This document shows positions 50,443 to 61,678 of a DNA stretch of 64,000 nt, piece after piece; position 1 is the first letter of the stretch, and every line of letters starts with the position of its first letter. The position numbers were made by a program, and so were the translations under genes. The DNA is from Sphaerodactylus townsendi (taxonomy: Eukaryota). The stretch spans positions 155,434,001-155,498,000 of the forward strand of contig NC_059426.1 of the NCBI RefSeq assembly GCF_021028975.2, given 5' to 3'. The notes below the pieces were generated by a model that was given only the letters and a program-made list of their open reading frames with translations, did no database searches and was not told the origin of the DNA.

Positions 50443-52399
50443 TTCTATACTAACCCACCACATACTGGACCTTCTTCATTATAGAATGTTTCATTTGGGT
50501 CCTAGTGCATGTCTAGTCCCCCCCCCCCCCCAGCGCCTTGTTCCGATGCAAAAATAAAAACTAAAATGGTAAGACAACCAAATGGAGCCAGGTTAAGTCT
50601 TCCATGGAGGCTCCCTGCGTGGCTGGGGAGTGGGCAGGGAAGACCTGACCAACAGAGATATCAGAGAAGTTGGGCATGGGAACAGAAGATACAGTTTGCA
50701 AAAGGCAAGTATTACTGATAGTTGTTCAATGCACTATAAGTGCTCTTGTATCAAAGTATCATGTTTAAATAATGCAGCACTTTAAAATGAATGTTAATTC
50801 TCATCTTCATTTGGGACTATTTTCTAATGTGGAAGCATACTACTTTCTCTTCTACTGCAACACAATTGACTGTGCTTTAATCTTTCAGTGGAACAGAATA
50901 TATAAAAAATCAAGCTGACCTTAAACTGCCATCATGGATACAACTCGACTTGCCAGGGCAAAACAAACAAAGCATTTGCATGCTTTCTGTTAAAGCGCTT
51001 CTGTTTAATTGTTTCAGGAAGGAACATTTTTATTTGTGTAAAACATTTTATTTTATTTCTAGACGCACTCTGCAGAGAGATATTTGGCTCTCATGGCAAA
51101 TAATAAGATGCTTGGAAGTCAGCCAAATGACTGGTTCTCCAAGGCTATTTGGTGTTCCATATACAAGGAATCTGGAATTTCGTATGTTTGCAGACTCCGA
51201 AGGCTAGTTTCAGTGTTCCAAGGGAACTGTAAGAGACAAACCTTCCCTTGGACGCCACTGGGTAAGATTAGTGACTTTCAATGGTTACAATATGTAGCTG
51301 CAACTCTGGGTCCCCTTTTCTCCCTTTATTTATTGTATTTATTGTATTTAAACCAGTTAACCCCACCTTTCCAAAAGCTCCCTGTGGCCAATAAGAAACC
51401 AGGATTTTTGTTTAAAAACACTTTAGTAAAAGTGTTTACATTTAGTGGAGGGAAAATGGCCCAGTGCTAACATCGTCCTTACTCACTTGCAATACTGTCA
51501 GTATTGGGGAGGGGAGCCTTTTGGAGCCACCACAGGTGGTAAGAGACAGAAAAATCCCACTTTGCCTGTATAAATCATTTTCTCGGCACTGCAGAGATAT
51601 TTTGGTGGGATCCAACCTTGTCTCCAGCTACTGTTATTCAAAGATCTATTTCCCACAATGGTCAAACTAGTCACAGTCAAATTCTGCTTCTTATACCACC
51701 TCAGGATATTTCTATAAAATGGTCTATCTAGGCTGTATGCTCTTATAGCATTTTTTTTTAAAAAAACGCATTTACAGCATTGTCTCCCAAATACCAGGAG
51801 AAATATCTATAATCTATTTTTCAGATCAAGTACTTGAGGGGTTTCCAGTGGCGGGAAACTAAAGCTCGTAAATTCTCTCTCAATTCCTGTTTAATAGTTT
51901 CCTGTTCCCGAGGCAAGAGAGACGGTTGTCTCCTAAAGTGTGTTCATAAATTGCACCAGGACTATTTCCTTGGAAATCCATTTCTAATCCAATAAAAAGA
52001 AAAATGTAATGGAATTAATTGTTTGGAAATGTCATTGGGGTAGCACGTGCTTTAACTGATTGAAAATAAGTGTATCACAGTGCAATCCAAAGCAGACTGG
52101 TGCCCTGCTAAATCTGTTGAAATCAATGGTCTTAGAAGGGTGTAGCAGTGCTTAGAGTTGTATTGCAAATGTATTAAAAGAACACTTGTGTAAAAGACCC
52201 TGGGAAGCAAAGCAATGAAATATTCCTGGTCAAATTGATCAATTCTGCAATATTTTCGTTATTTAGAAATTAGCTGCAGTGGAGGCCTTAGATAGCAGGC
52301 TGGCTATCAGATAGGGCCATCTTAATGCCCAGTACATGGGAACACTCTGATACTACCTCAGCCAGAGGAGGGCTTGTAAATCTATATAATAAATAATTT

Positions 52400-52590
52400 T
52401 ATGCCCTGAAGTCATAACGGACTCCTGGTGATCCTATATAGGTTTTCCAAGGCAAAAGATGAGCAGAGGTTGTTTGCCCACTGCCTTTCTCTGCATAGCA
52501 ACCATGGTCTTCCTTGGTGGTCTCCCATCCAAGTCCTAACTGCGTCCAACCTTGCTTAGCTTCCAGCCTCTGACAAGACGAGGCTTAGGT
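52400..52590 (-). mobile_element. 5S rRNA-derived SINE (5S head, RTE/Sauria-like tail); copies near 6140-6390, 13985-14125, 40055-40235 and 53030-53190
   Basis: GGTCTCCCATCCAAGTCCTAAC...CCTTGCTTAGCTTCC is the reverse complement of the 5S internal promoter region; joined to a GGTTTTCAAGGCAA...GAGGTGGTTTGCC-type tail. Confidence 0.75.
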
Positions 52591-52657
52591 GGGCTCTTAG
52601 GTTACCACAAATCTGTATATCCTCTTTATTATTTCACTTCTCCCAGTGCTCTGAAAG

Positions 52658-52735
52658 TTCTAAGGAATGACTTGTCAGTCATGTTGCTGTGAAGAGTTCT
52701 AAGGAATGACTTGTCAGTCATGTTGCTGTGAAGAG
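52658..52735. repeat. Perfect 39-bp tandem duplication
   Basis: TTCTAAGGAATGACTTGTCAGTCATGTTGCTGTGAAGAG x2. Confidence 0.95.
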
Positions 52736-52986
52736 ATTCTGGGATCATTAAACCCTAAACCATTCCAAGTATTGTGAGGACCTATCACTGCAGTCTGAAA
52801 CATGACTCAGGACCATAACACTGAGCACTACTGTGTAATTGTGGCTGCATTTCAAAGTTTAGCTTTGTGCTTCAACTTTAGTAGAATTCTGGATATTTCT
52901 CAGTGAGTAGCAGTTGGAAGAATGGATTTGTGACAGAAGGCAATGCCATCTAGTATAGTTTTGACCAGTCACCAATAGAAAAGATG

Positions 52987-53030
<44 letters not shown>

Positions 53031-54294
53031 GACATCAAGTCACACCTGACTTTTGGCGACTCCAGCAAGGGGCTTTCAAGGCAAATGCTGAAGCAGAGGT
53101 GGTTTGCCATTGCCTTCCTCTACAGGGTCTTTCTTGCAAGTACCAGCCCTAGTTAGCCTTTGAGATCTGACAAGATTGGGCTATAAAAGTCACCTCCTCT
53201 CATTCTGAGAAGTACAGACCCATGGTAGTCAATGTTCCCTATGTGCAGCAGGGGTCGGCTCCACGGGTGGATTTCCACTCCAACTTTCTGTGGTGTCATA
53301 TCCATCACCATTAGTATTAAGTGAATTCATTTTGGGTTAATCCAGAATTTGCAAGCTTTCTTGCCATACATTTTTTTAAAACTAATGTTCCCAGTAATAT
53401 TCCCAAGTTGGCACCGTTAGCACCTGAACAGTGTACACTGTGCCTTTCATAATTGTGTTTCCTAGCCCTTAACATGAAGATATTAGAACTTTAACCACCA
53501 CTCTACCAAAACCAACACACCCAGCACAGGACCAGTTTACTTCTGGATGGGAGATTAAACCCCATAAAAGAAAAAATCTGAGAGGGTTGATCCACTGAGG
53601 ATTAATTAATGGTTTTCGTGAAAGTAAGAACTTATCATCTTCACATGCATTGCAGTCCAGGGGGCTTTGTGGTTTCACAAGCTCAGCCTGGGTGTCAGTG
53701 AGAGTTGTATCAAGAGTAAGGATATAACATTTTGGGGGAAAATCCATTCACTTTTACGAGAGTTTGCTGACCAGGCTGCCGGCATGAACTTGTTTTTACA
53801 TTCTGAGACAGAAATGAAGCTCTTGGATTAATGACGCTCAATTAATAATACACCTGAGCATTATGAACCAGTTTATTCAAATTTCAGCCACAAATGAATG
53901 CCATGAACAACCTGATGAGGATAGATATAATGGACTTTCCCCAGTGTGCTTGTCAGGTGGGGTTGGCCATGGGCACAGATTTACTGTGTTCAACTCCAGA
54001 TTAGGAAATTCCTGGATTTGGGGGGGGGGGGAAGGAACCTGGGGAGAGCAGAGCTTGGAAAGGGTCCTCAGTGGGTATAAGTCCACCCTGCAAACTAGCC
54101 GTTTTCTCCAGGGAAAATCACAAATGTATGTAGTCTGGAGATCAATTGTAATTCTTGGCCTTACCTGGAGATCGGCAACCCTACTCAGACAACCTGAAGA
54201 TGCTGATCTTCAGAGGGTGAGCCAAGTGGGTCTGAGACTGGTCCAGACCAAGTTGGTAGATTTTAAGCTGCATGTAGAAGAAGGGTAGAAGAAG

Positions 54295-54493
54295 AGAGAC
54301 TCAAGGTGGCTTTCCCTTCCTTTCCCCCAACAGACACCTTATGAGATAGATGGGCCTGAGAGAGCTCCAAAGAACTGTGACTAGGTCAAGGTCACCCAGC
54401 AGGAATGTAGGAGTGTGGAAACATGTCTGATTCACTAGATAAGCCTCTGCCACTCAGGTGGAGGAGTGGGGAATCAAACCCGGTTCTCCAGAT
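54295..54493 (-). mobile_element. Same SINE family, partial
   Basis: CTGTGACTAGGTCAAGGTCACCCAGC...GGGAATCAAACCCGGTTCTCCAGAT. Confidence 0.8.
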
Positions 54494-55236
54494 GTGTAGG
54501 GATAGATTGAGATGTGATTCTGTGTTTTGGAGGGTGTGTGCTTTTATACAGTAATTGTAAGGGATATCGTGAAGTAAAGGACAAGGATGGCTTTGAAATT
54601 TGCTTTGTCTTGAAAAACTGACCTTGTTGTCAAAACATTTTTAGAGTATTTACAAATATGGAAGTTTCGGGGGTGGGCTTAAAAGCCCTTAATTTTCACC
54701 ATCCGTGGCAATAAGATTTTACAAATGAAACAGAGAGCATTTATTTCATAAACAGGCCTATTAATTTGGAAAAGTTCTCCCAAAGCAACAGTTTACAAGC
54801 AGAGGTTTAAAGTTCAATCATTTGTTTATTTTACATGGTTTATTTAGAGTCCACTTACTTGGCTAAGACTGGAACAAAGTTTTAAAGCAATGCACTGGAA
54901 CAATATAAGATTCACAATGCAATAAGAAAGGATTAAAATTAGAAAACAATGAAACCTACAATAAAGAATGTGATTAAAAACTGCAAGATTTTTCTTTGCC
55001 AATGTTATAACTACAGCTTTATTTCCTTTATAAGAGAGCTCTCCTGAACACTTCCATTTTAACACAGCCCTGTTCCCTTTATTGTACTGCCTTCCTGAAG
55101 AATTCCATTTTACACAACAGAATGATAGAAGTGTGGGAGACTTCCTGACCTCATCAGAGGAATGAGGTTCCACCAGATGGAGCACAACAGAGAGTGTTTG
55201 GGTATGGTCCGCTGTGGATCTTTCCAGGGAACCTTT

Positions 55237-55377
55237 GGCTCATTCCGCACATGCAGAATAATGCACTTTCAAACTGCTTTCAGTGCTCTTTGAAGCTGTG
55301 TGGAATAGCAAAATCCACTTGCAAACAGTTGTGAAAGTGGTTTGAAAACGCATTATTTTGCGTGTGCGGAAGGGGCC
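55237..55377. mobile_element. Harbinger-like MITE A
   Basis: 141 bp; TSD TTT. Confidence 0.88.
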
Positions 55378-55889
55378 TTTGTTCAGATAAGGGAAGCTTG
55401 CATAGCAGAGCATCTCAAGAAAAGTCATCCTGTGGGCCCACCATCATGAAGGACTTCCAGAATGGTATTCCATAGGGTAGCCATGTTAGTCTGGCAAAAC
55501 AAAACAGAAATCCACCTTACCCAACAGTATTCATACCAGCTCTGACTCTCAAAAACTCATGCTAAAATAAACTCCATTACTGTCTAAGGTGCCATAGGAC
55601 TGCTGTTTTGTGGCCATCTGCTTCCTGAATGTGGCTATATACACACTACAGATTTAGGATTCATTCTGACCTTGCTCATTAAGAGATTTGGTCCAGATAT
55701 AAAAACTATCTACAAAATGATGCTGTGTCCTATGTTATTCCAACAGTGAAGGGGGGATTGCCTAGCTAATGAACCGGCCCTACTTTCTATACATGTTTTG
55801 CAGCTTGATCAGATTTATTGTATTTTATCTTTTTTGAATGATTGCATTTTATGGTGTGTGTATGTTCTTATGTGTATTTTACAATTTAT

Positions 55890-55927
55890 ACCACTGAGGA
55901 AGGCCTATTGGCTGAAATGCATTTGGT
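55890..55927 (+). ncRNA. Candidate minimal type I hammerhead ribozyme (Penelope-type)
   Basis: ACCA-CUGAGGA-A-GGCC(UAUU)GGCU-GAAA-UGCA-UU-UGGU: both core boxes, stem I, stem II and a palindromic stem III. Confidence 0.55.
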
Positions 55928-56376
55928 TTTGAGGACATTTTTATTTATTTAAAATGTATAAGATAGAATTATTTATTCATAGTCCATAGACTCCATACAT
56001 TTTAAATAACGAATAGCAGATAAACAAGTAATATAATTGTGTGGAATTTAAAACAGCGTAAAACAGTGCTATATTATTATACAATACAAAAGTATAACTT
56101 TGTTATCTTAGCCAATCTGATTCTTGAGGCTTGAGATAAAAACTTTGTAACTTCTAAAGTTAATTTAAAAACTCTGTCCTCTAGTAGGTATTTAACCTTT
56201 GACAATTCAGAACTGAAAGATCTATTATTTAACCATGGGAATAAGAAATGTATGAAGTTTTGTATATTTCAGAGATACAACATTTCAGAGGTAATTATTG
56301 TGTGATGGTGGGAGGAAAGGTGAAGTTAAGAGGCTTCAGGTCTATCTTGTCATGAATTTTCCTGGCGTGATTCCCT

Positions 56377-56739
56377 GGCCCTTTCTGCACGGGGCCAAAA
56401 ACAGCTGCCCAGGGACGGAAAACCACCAGTCCCTGGGGAGCTGTTCGCACAGGCAGTGCTGCTGCAATGCAGCAGCGCCGTCCTGTGCAGTCCCGAGTGG
56501 CGTGAAGGTGCTGCTTTCCACCTCCCTTCCCAGGGGAGGTTTTTAAAAAGCGCCGCATTCCCATTGGTGCGGTGCAAACAGCACCACACGGAGCCGCCTC
56601 TTCTGCATCCCCCCCCAACTCACCTTGTCCTCCCCTGGAGGTCGGAGGGCAGCATGGGCGGGTTCCTGCAGCCCTCCAGACCGACGCTGGAGGACGAGGT
56701 GAGTGGGGGGGCTGCTCGCACGCTCCCGTGTGAACGGCC
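56377..56739. mobile_element. GC-rich non-autonomous Harbinger-like element related to the 39350 copy
   Basis: Ends GGCCCTTTCTGCAC / GTGTGAACGGCC; shares GGGGAGC...GCACAGG and GAGGTTTTT blocks; internal inverted repeat about 56608-56712. Confidence 0.7.
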
Positions 56740-58349
56740 CCCTCCCCTCCACCGGCATAATTTCTGCCAGTGGAGGGGCGCCCTCAATGAACAACTTTGT
56801 AAATTTCAGTACCTTGCACTGAACCCAGAAATTAATTAATTCATTCATACCCAATGGAATGACAGAAGAATGAATATAATGTTCACACTCTGCCTTGCTC
56901 TTGATAATAATACAACTGCCATACCAGCTGAAATTTCTGAATAGTTTTCAGGGGCAGACCCACGTAATGTATGTTGCAAAAGTCTAGCATTGAGGTTACT
57001 GTGGCATTAATCCAGATTGGTCAGGTCGGTGTAAGAAATCATCTTCTAAGCTAAATAAGGATTTTTCACAGCAAAATTAACTTGCTTCTCTAGCAATAAT
57101 GCACATTTCAGGATAACCTCTAGACACTTAACTGAGCAATGCAAGATGGCTGTGCAAGAAAAGAAGACAGTATCATTTTTAAAGTCCAAATGTGCAGGCC
57201 TGACCTTTGTAGGAAGATGCACATTTTCACAAGACTCTGAGCTGATCTGTTCTTTCGTTAGCTCCGAAGAGATTGGAGGGAAATCAAACTGAAATGCACA
57301 CTTACTTCGTCTAGTTGTTTAAATAAGGCTTCAGTGATTGTCGGTCTGGATTTGTTCTGTTTTTCTGATTAGCTGTCCATCCCGAATTTCCAGAGTGAAT
57401 GAATAGCTGACTATTTTCTCAAGAGAATCAGTCACGGCAAATTCTCAGATGCTCACTTTAGAAATGACTATGATCACCATGTATCTATATAAATGCTTTC
57501 CAGGGTTAACAACAGTTTCTCTTAAGGGCATAATTCTCATCTTTGCTGATGATTAAAGTTTAAGATTCTGGCACTTTAACAACTGACCTTGATGAATGTT
57601 TTCAGTGGCCTGTCATAGAACTGAAAGAGCCTTGGACATCAAGCAATTATTTAGTGATGGACATAAGGATGAATATTCCCTGAAATAGATAGCAAGGGCA
57701 AAAAAATATAATCATAAAGTCAAATTTTGATTTACATGTGTCTGCCGTTCAGCACTATCAGTTTCCCTTTTCAATTTCTGTCAGCTGGAAATGTACCAAA
57801 GGTAAAATTTAAGACTTCACAATAAAATTGTATCTTGGCAAGGTTATCATATAAAAGATGAAGGTCTGGAGTTTAATGTCAAATCAAATCAGAGCATACT
57901 TAACATTGGATTTGTTGTAAATGCTGTTTGCATTTGGCTACTAAGCTTGTTTCCTAGCTTAGAGAACCAACATTTCTTAGTGCCATATCCAAGAGCCCCT
58001 TATTTCCTCAGGAGAAAAATGATTTGGTGGGGGAGTTGGAGGAAAGAATCAGAGATGGAGGAAGAACAAACATATAAAGGATTCAGCATCCCCTTCTGCT
58101 TTCTGCTTGGACTTTTCTTCACGCTGCTTGATTATAGATGTGTTGCTAAGATTTGTGTTCGAATTCAAATGGGTTCAAATTCAAAGAAAGCCAAATCAAG
58201 CCACAAGAAGTATTTTGCCTTCAACGTGGACAGAGTTTTGGAGGTATCACCCTTCAGCAGGGTGATGGTTTTCTGTAACAAGGTGAAAACGGAAAGATCC
58301 CAGTCCATTACAGAAGTAACCAAGCTAAGTGTCTATCAAATCATACTTT

Positions 58350-58890
58350 GGCCTTTTTTGCACACACAGTTTGTTCTAGAATTAAAGCAATCTGCATCGA
58401 CATCCTGACCTTTTTGTTGCTGTTTCGTCGCTCGAGAGCATTCACACATCACCAGGTTGTTACGGATCTTCTGGTTGCTTCACAACTCCTGTGTTTTTGG
58501 ATCGCCCTGGAATGCGGTGCCAACGACGATTCCGATTGGCTGTTGTGCCGTCCAGGGGCGGGTTCCATGTGAAATGTGCGCACACAACTGGCAAGCTCAA
58601 TCGCATCCTGATTGGTTGGAGGAAATCGCATCACACAGTGGGCGTGATCCCTCGCAGTCGCTTGCTCCAGTTGTGTTTTGCACCTAGGCACCAGATTGTG
58701 GGGGGAATCCGTTTTATCCAAGAAAGTTGCACAATTATCGAGCGACAGGAAAAATGTGGGACAAAGGCTGAAATGAGGTACAGATTAGGGGTCGGGCCAC
58801 ATTACAGCTCAAGTGTGTGCGAAAAAAAGGCAGAAACCGTGACGACCTCACATATTAAATCAAGAACAAACCGTGTGTGCGAAAAAGGCC
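58350..58890. mobile_element. Non-autonomous Harbinger-like element (541 bp)
   Basis: TIR GGCCTTTTTTGCACACACAGTTTGTTCT / AGAACAAACCGTGTGTGCGAAAAAGGCC; TSD TTT. Confidence 0.85.
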
Positions 58891-60399
58891 TTTGAGTAGC
58901 ATTCCTCAAAAAAAATGTTTCACGTCCTTTGGACGTTTTGTATAATAAAGGTCCAGATATTCACAAGCAAGTACATCTGTCCATCCCGCTTCTCCTCTGG
59001 TGCTGCTTCACTGTCATGGATACAACAGACATACAAAAGCAGAGAAGGATGGAAAGGTGATCAATTGTATTTAGGATAATGGAATGTTGATCTTTTATCT
59101 GGGACTTCTCTCAGCTAGAAATGTGTCAGATGCAAGTGCTCAGTTTAGATCAGGCCTATGCAGAAAGGATAGAGAGGGCTTAATTCTTCCAGTCCTTTGT
59201 TATCAATGCTGGCCCTCCCTCCCATGGCGCTATTTAAACAAAACAAAACAAAAAAAAGACAGGCACCTGTTATTTGCCTGTCTTCCTTCTTCCTTCTTCC
59301 TTCTTTGCCTGTCTTCCTTCTTTCTTGCCTGTCTTCCTTCCTGGCAACACAGCATCGCCTCATCTGTTTCATACCTTGGATAAGTTTAACTGGATATGAC
59401 AGGGATTTTACCCTTCATCATGCAACACATGAGCTTCACTTCTGAGCTATGGTTCTCTCCTATGCAATTTGTAAATACAGTCTGGGTTTGGTCTCCAATT
59501 TTTCCATTCTCTCCTCAGAGACTATAAAATCTAACCCCAAGGTATTTTTTTAAGGTTAAAGACAGAGCACATTTTGAAAGTTTCCATAGCTTCTGCCTCT
59601 ATAATAAATCCATACCAGTTCTTTATATTCCACTGAATTTTTTTTCCCTGTAATGACAGGTTTGGGTTTGGGGTTTTCTGTTTTGTTTTTTTGCCTTTTA
59701 TCATTGAAGTGTCCTTTGCAACAGACCATCTCATTTATCAATTCCAGGCAATCAGTAAGGATTTAACACACTCCCGCTGTTGAATGGTCAAATGCAATGT
59801 AAGAATCTGACATTTATTTATATTTTACAGAACATTAAGATGGTATGAAAGATCAAGCTGCTTTCCCCTCTCCTATTCCTTTGCTTTTCACGCATGCACC
59901 AATTTGGGCTTAGGTTGCAACCAGATGGTTCTGATTGTGGGGATCAAAAACATTGCTTAAGTTCCTCCAGTACATACACACAAACGTGCCATGGACTTTG
60001 GGCTCCACTGATTTCCCATTCATCCATGTTCTTATCTTCATGGACTGACTTCTTGCCATAAGCAGGGAGGGTTCCCAGAAGAAACAGATGTCTGCCTTTC
60101 CACATATACTTTCTGTATTCCCTTCTGTACCCAGGTGATCCAAAACCCTACATCAAGAACAGGTTCATATTGTGGCCTGTATATGAGATGCCAACAGCAT
60201 CATTTTGAATCCTGTCATTGTTTACTTTTTGTCCTGTACTTTCACGTTTAACTTCATGGCCATAAAGAACAGAATTTTCCTTTAATGGTGGGAGGAGGTA
60301 ATCATTCAATTAAATTTTGCACCCAATACCATATCCGGTGTCTCATCCCCATCCCCAGTGCTCCAGCAGAATCATAGTATACACACACAGCACTGTGCG

Positions 60400-60521
60400 C
60401 AGAGGCGTAGCTATCAGGGGACCGGGGTGTGTGTGTTGCACTGGGAGCGTGCCCGGGGGAGTGGAAAATCACCCCCGCCCCACCCCCGCACCGGGCACAC
60501 TCTGGCCCAGCTACGCCTCTG
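60400..60521. mobile_element. hAT MITE
   Basis: CAGAGGCGTAGCT / AGCTACGCCTCTG TIRs; 8-bp TSD ACTGTGCG. Confidence 0.9.
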
Positions 60522-61227
60522 ACTGTGCGTGCTATTGAGAATAGAATGCCAAAAGATGTCATTGATGAATCAAAATGGAAAATGTGAGATTCTGTAAATG
60601 AAACTTAAAGAGGTGGAGAGATAACCAATCACCACATATTTCTTGGTGGGCCAAAGGTAGGAGCTGCTGCCAAGTTTGTGAATGTTTTAACATAGCCATC
60701 TCCCCCACCCCCACCCCCAAAAAGAACCTTACATAATTTGATTTTAGCTTTGCAAATGGTAATTGTCTGATCTGGTTGAAATAAGTTCTCATACACAGCT
60801 TCTTCAGGAAGGGATCACATTAATTAGAATTAGTTCCACAGCTTGAGAATGCTCCTGAATCCAGTGCCACTTCAATCCGTCCAGATTACAAGTGTGACTG
60901 GGATTGCTTTTTATCAGCTTCTGTGGGAGAGCCAAATGCACCCATTTCTGGAGAAGATGGACCCAGGCACAGTCCTTCTTGCCTTAGAAGCATCCAGATC
61001 TGATTTTAAACCACTTAATGGAAATTTCCACTGGTTTAGAACACAGTCCCTTGATTGTATATCACACAGAACACCATAACTCCTATATTGCGTCATTTTC
61101 ATTGGCTGCCTATTCAACACCACTGGGCCAGTTCACTGATTTTTAACCTTTAAATCCCTACACTTAACATTTTGCAATTGCTAGGAACTAACTGGAGCTG
61201 AGGACTTCCTTCCTCTACATGTTGAGG

Positions 61228-61678
61228 CACCCACCCCATTGGAAACACCTGCAGGGGGTGGGGCCTGGCAGCTACAACAGGAGCTCCACCAGCAGCCCAA
61301 GGCAGCCAGCCTTTCAGCCCTGCCTGGGACAGATCCTCCTGTTGGTCTGCCTGCCTGCCAGCCGAGCGGAAGTCCACCGGGTGAGCTGCCGCCTGCTGCC
61401 ACTGGGAAGGAGTGAGAGTCCTTCCCCACCCACCCCATTGGAAACACCTGCAGGGGGTGGGGCCTGGCAGCTACAACAGGAGTTCCACCAGCAGCCCAAG
61501 GCAGCCAGCCTTTCAGCCCTGCCTGGGACAGATCCTCCTGTTGGTCTGCCTGCCTGCCAGCCGAGCGGAAGTCCACTCTGGGAAGGAGTGAGAGTCCTTC
61601 CCCACCCACCCCATTGGAAGCACCTGCAGGGGGTGGGGCCTGGCAGCTACAACAGGAGCTCCACCAGCAGCCCAAGGC
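61228..61678 (+). repeat. Tandem monomers (199 bp, 176 bp, partial 76 bp) at the LINE 5' end
   Basis: Units start CACCCACCCCATTGGAA at 61228, 61427 and 61603 and are nearly identical. Confidence 0.92.

Noticed and set aside
52517-52590. 5S rRNA gene
   Set aside because: Partial, diverged and fused to a retroposon tail in several dispersed copies, so it is a SINE head.
8734-55377. Recurring peptide MQNNALS...[10 protein letters not shown] in many short ORFs as a micropeptide family
   Set aside because: It is the incidental translation of the MITE; frames and stops vary between copies.
29000-61000. Exons of neighbouring genes (DICER1 or SERPINA cluster, by mammalian synteny)
   Set aside because: No ORF with recognisable similarity; very short exons cannot be excluded without alignment.
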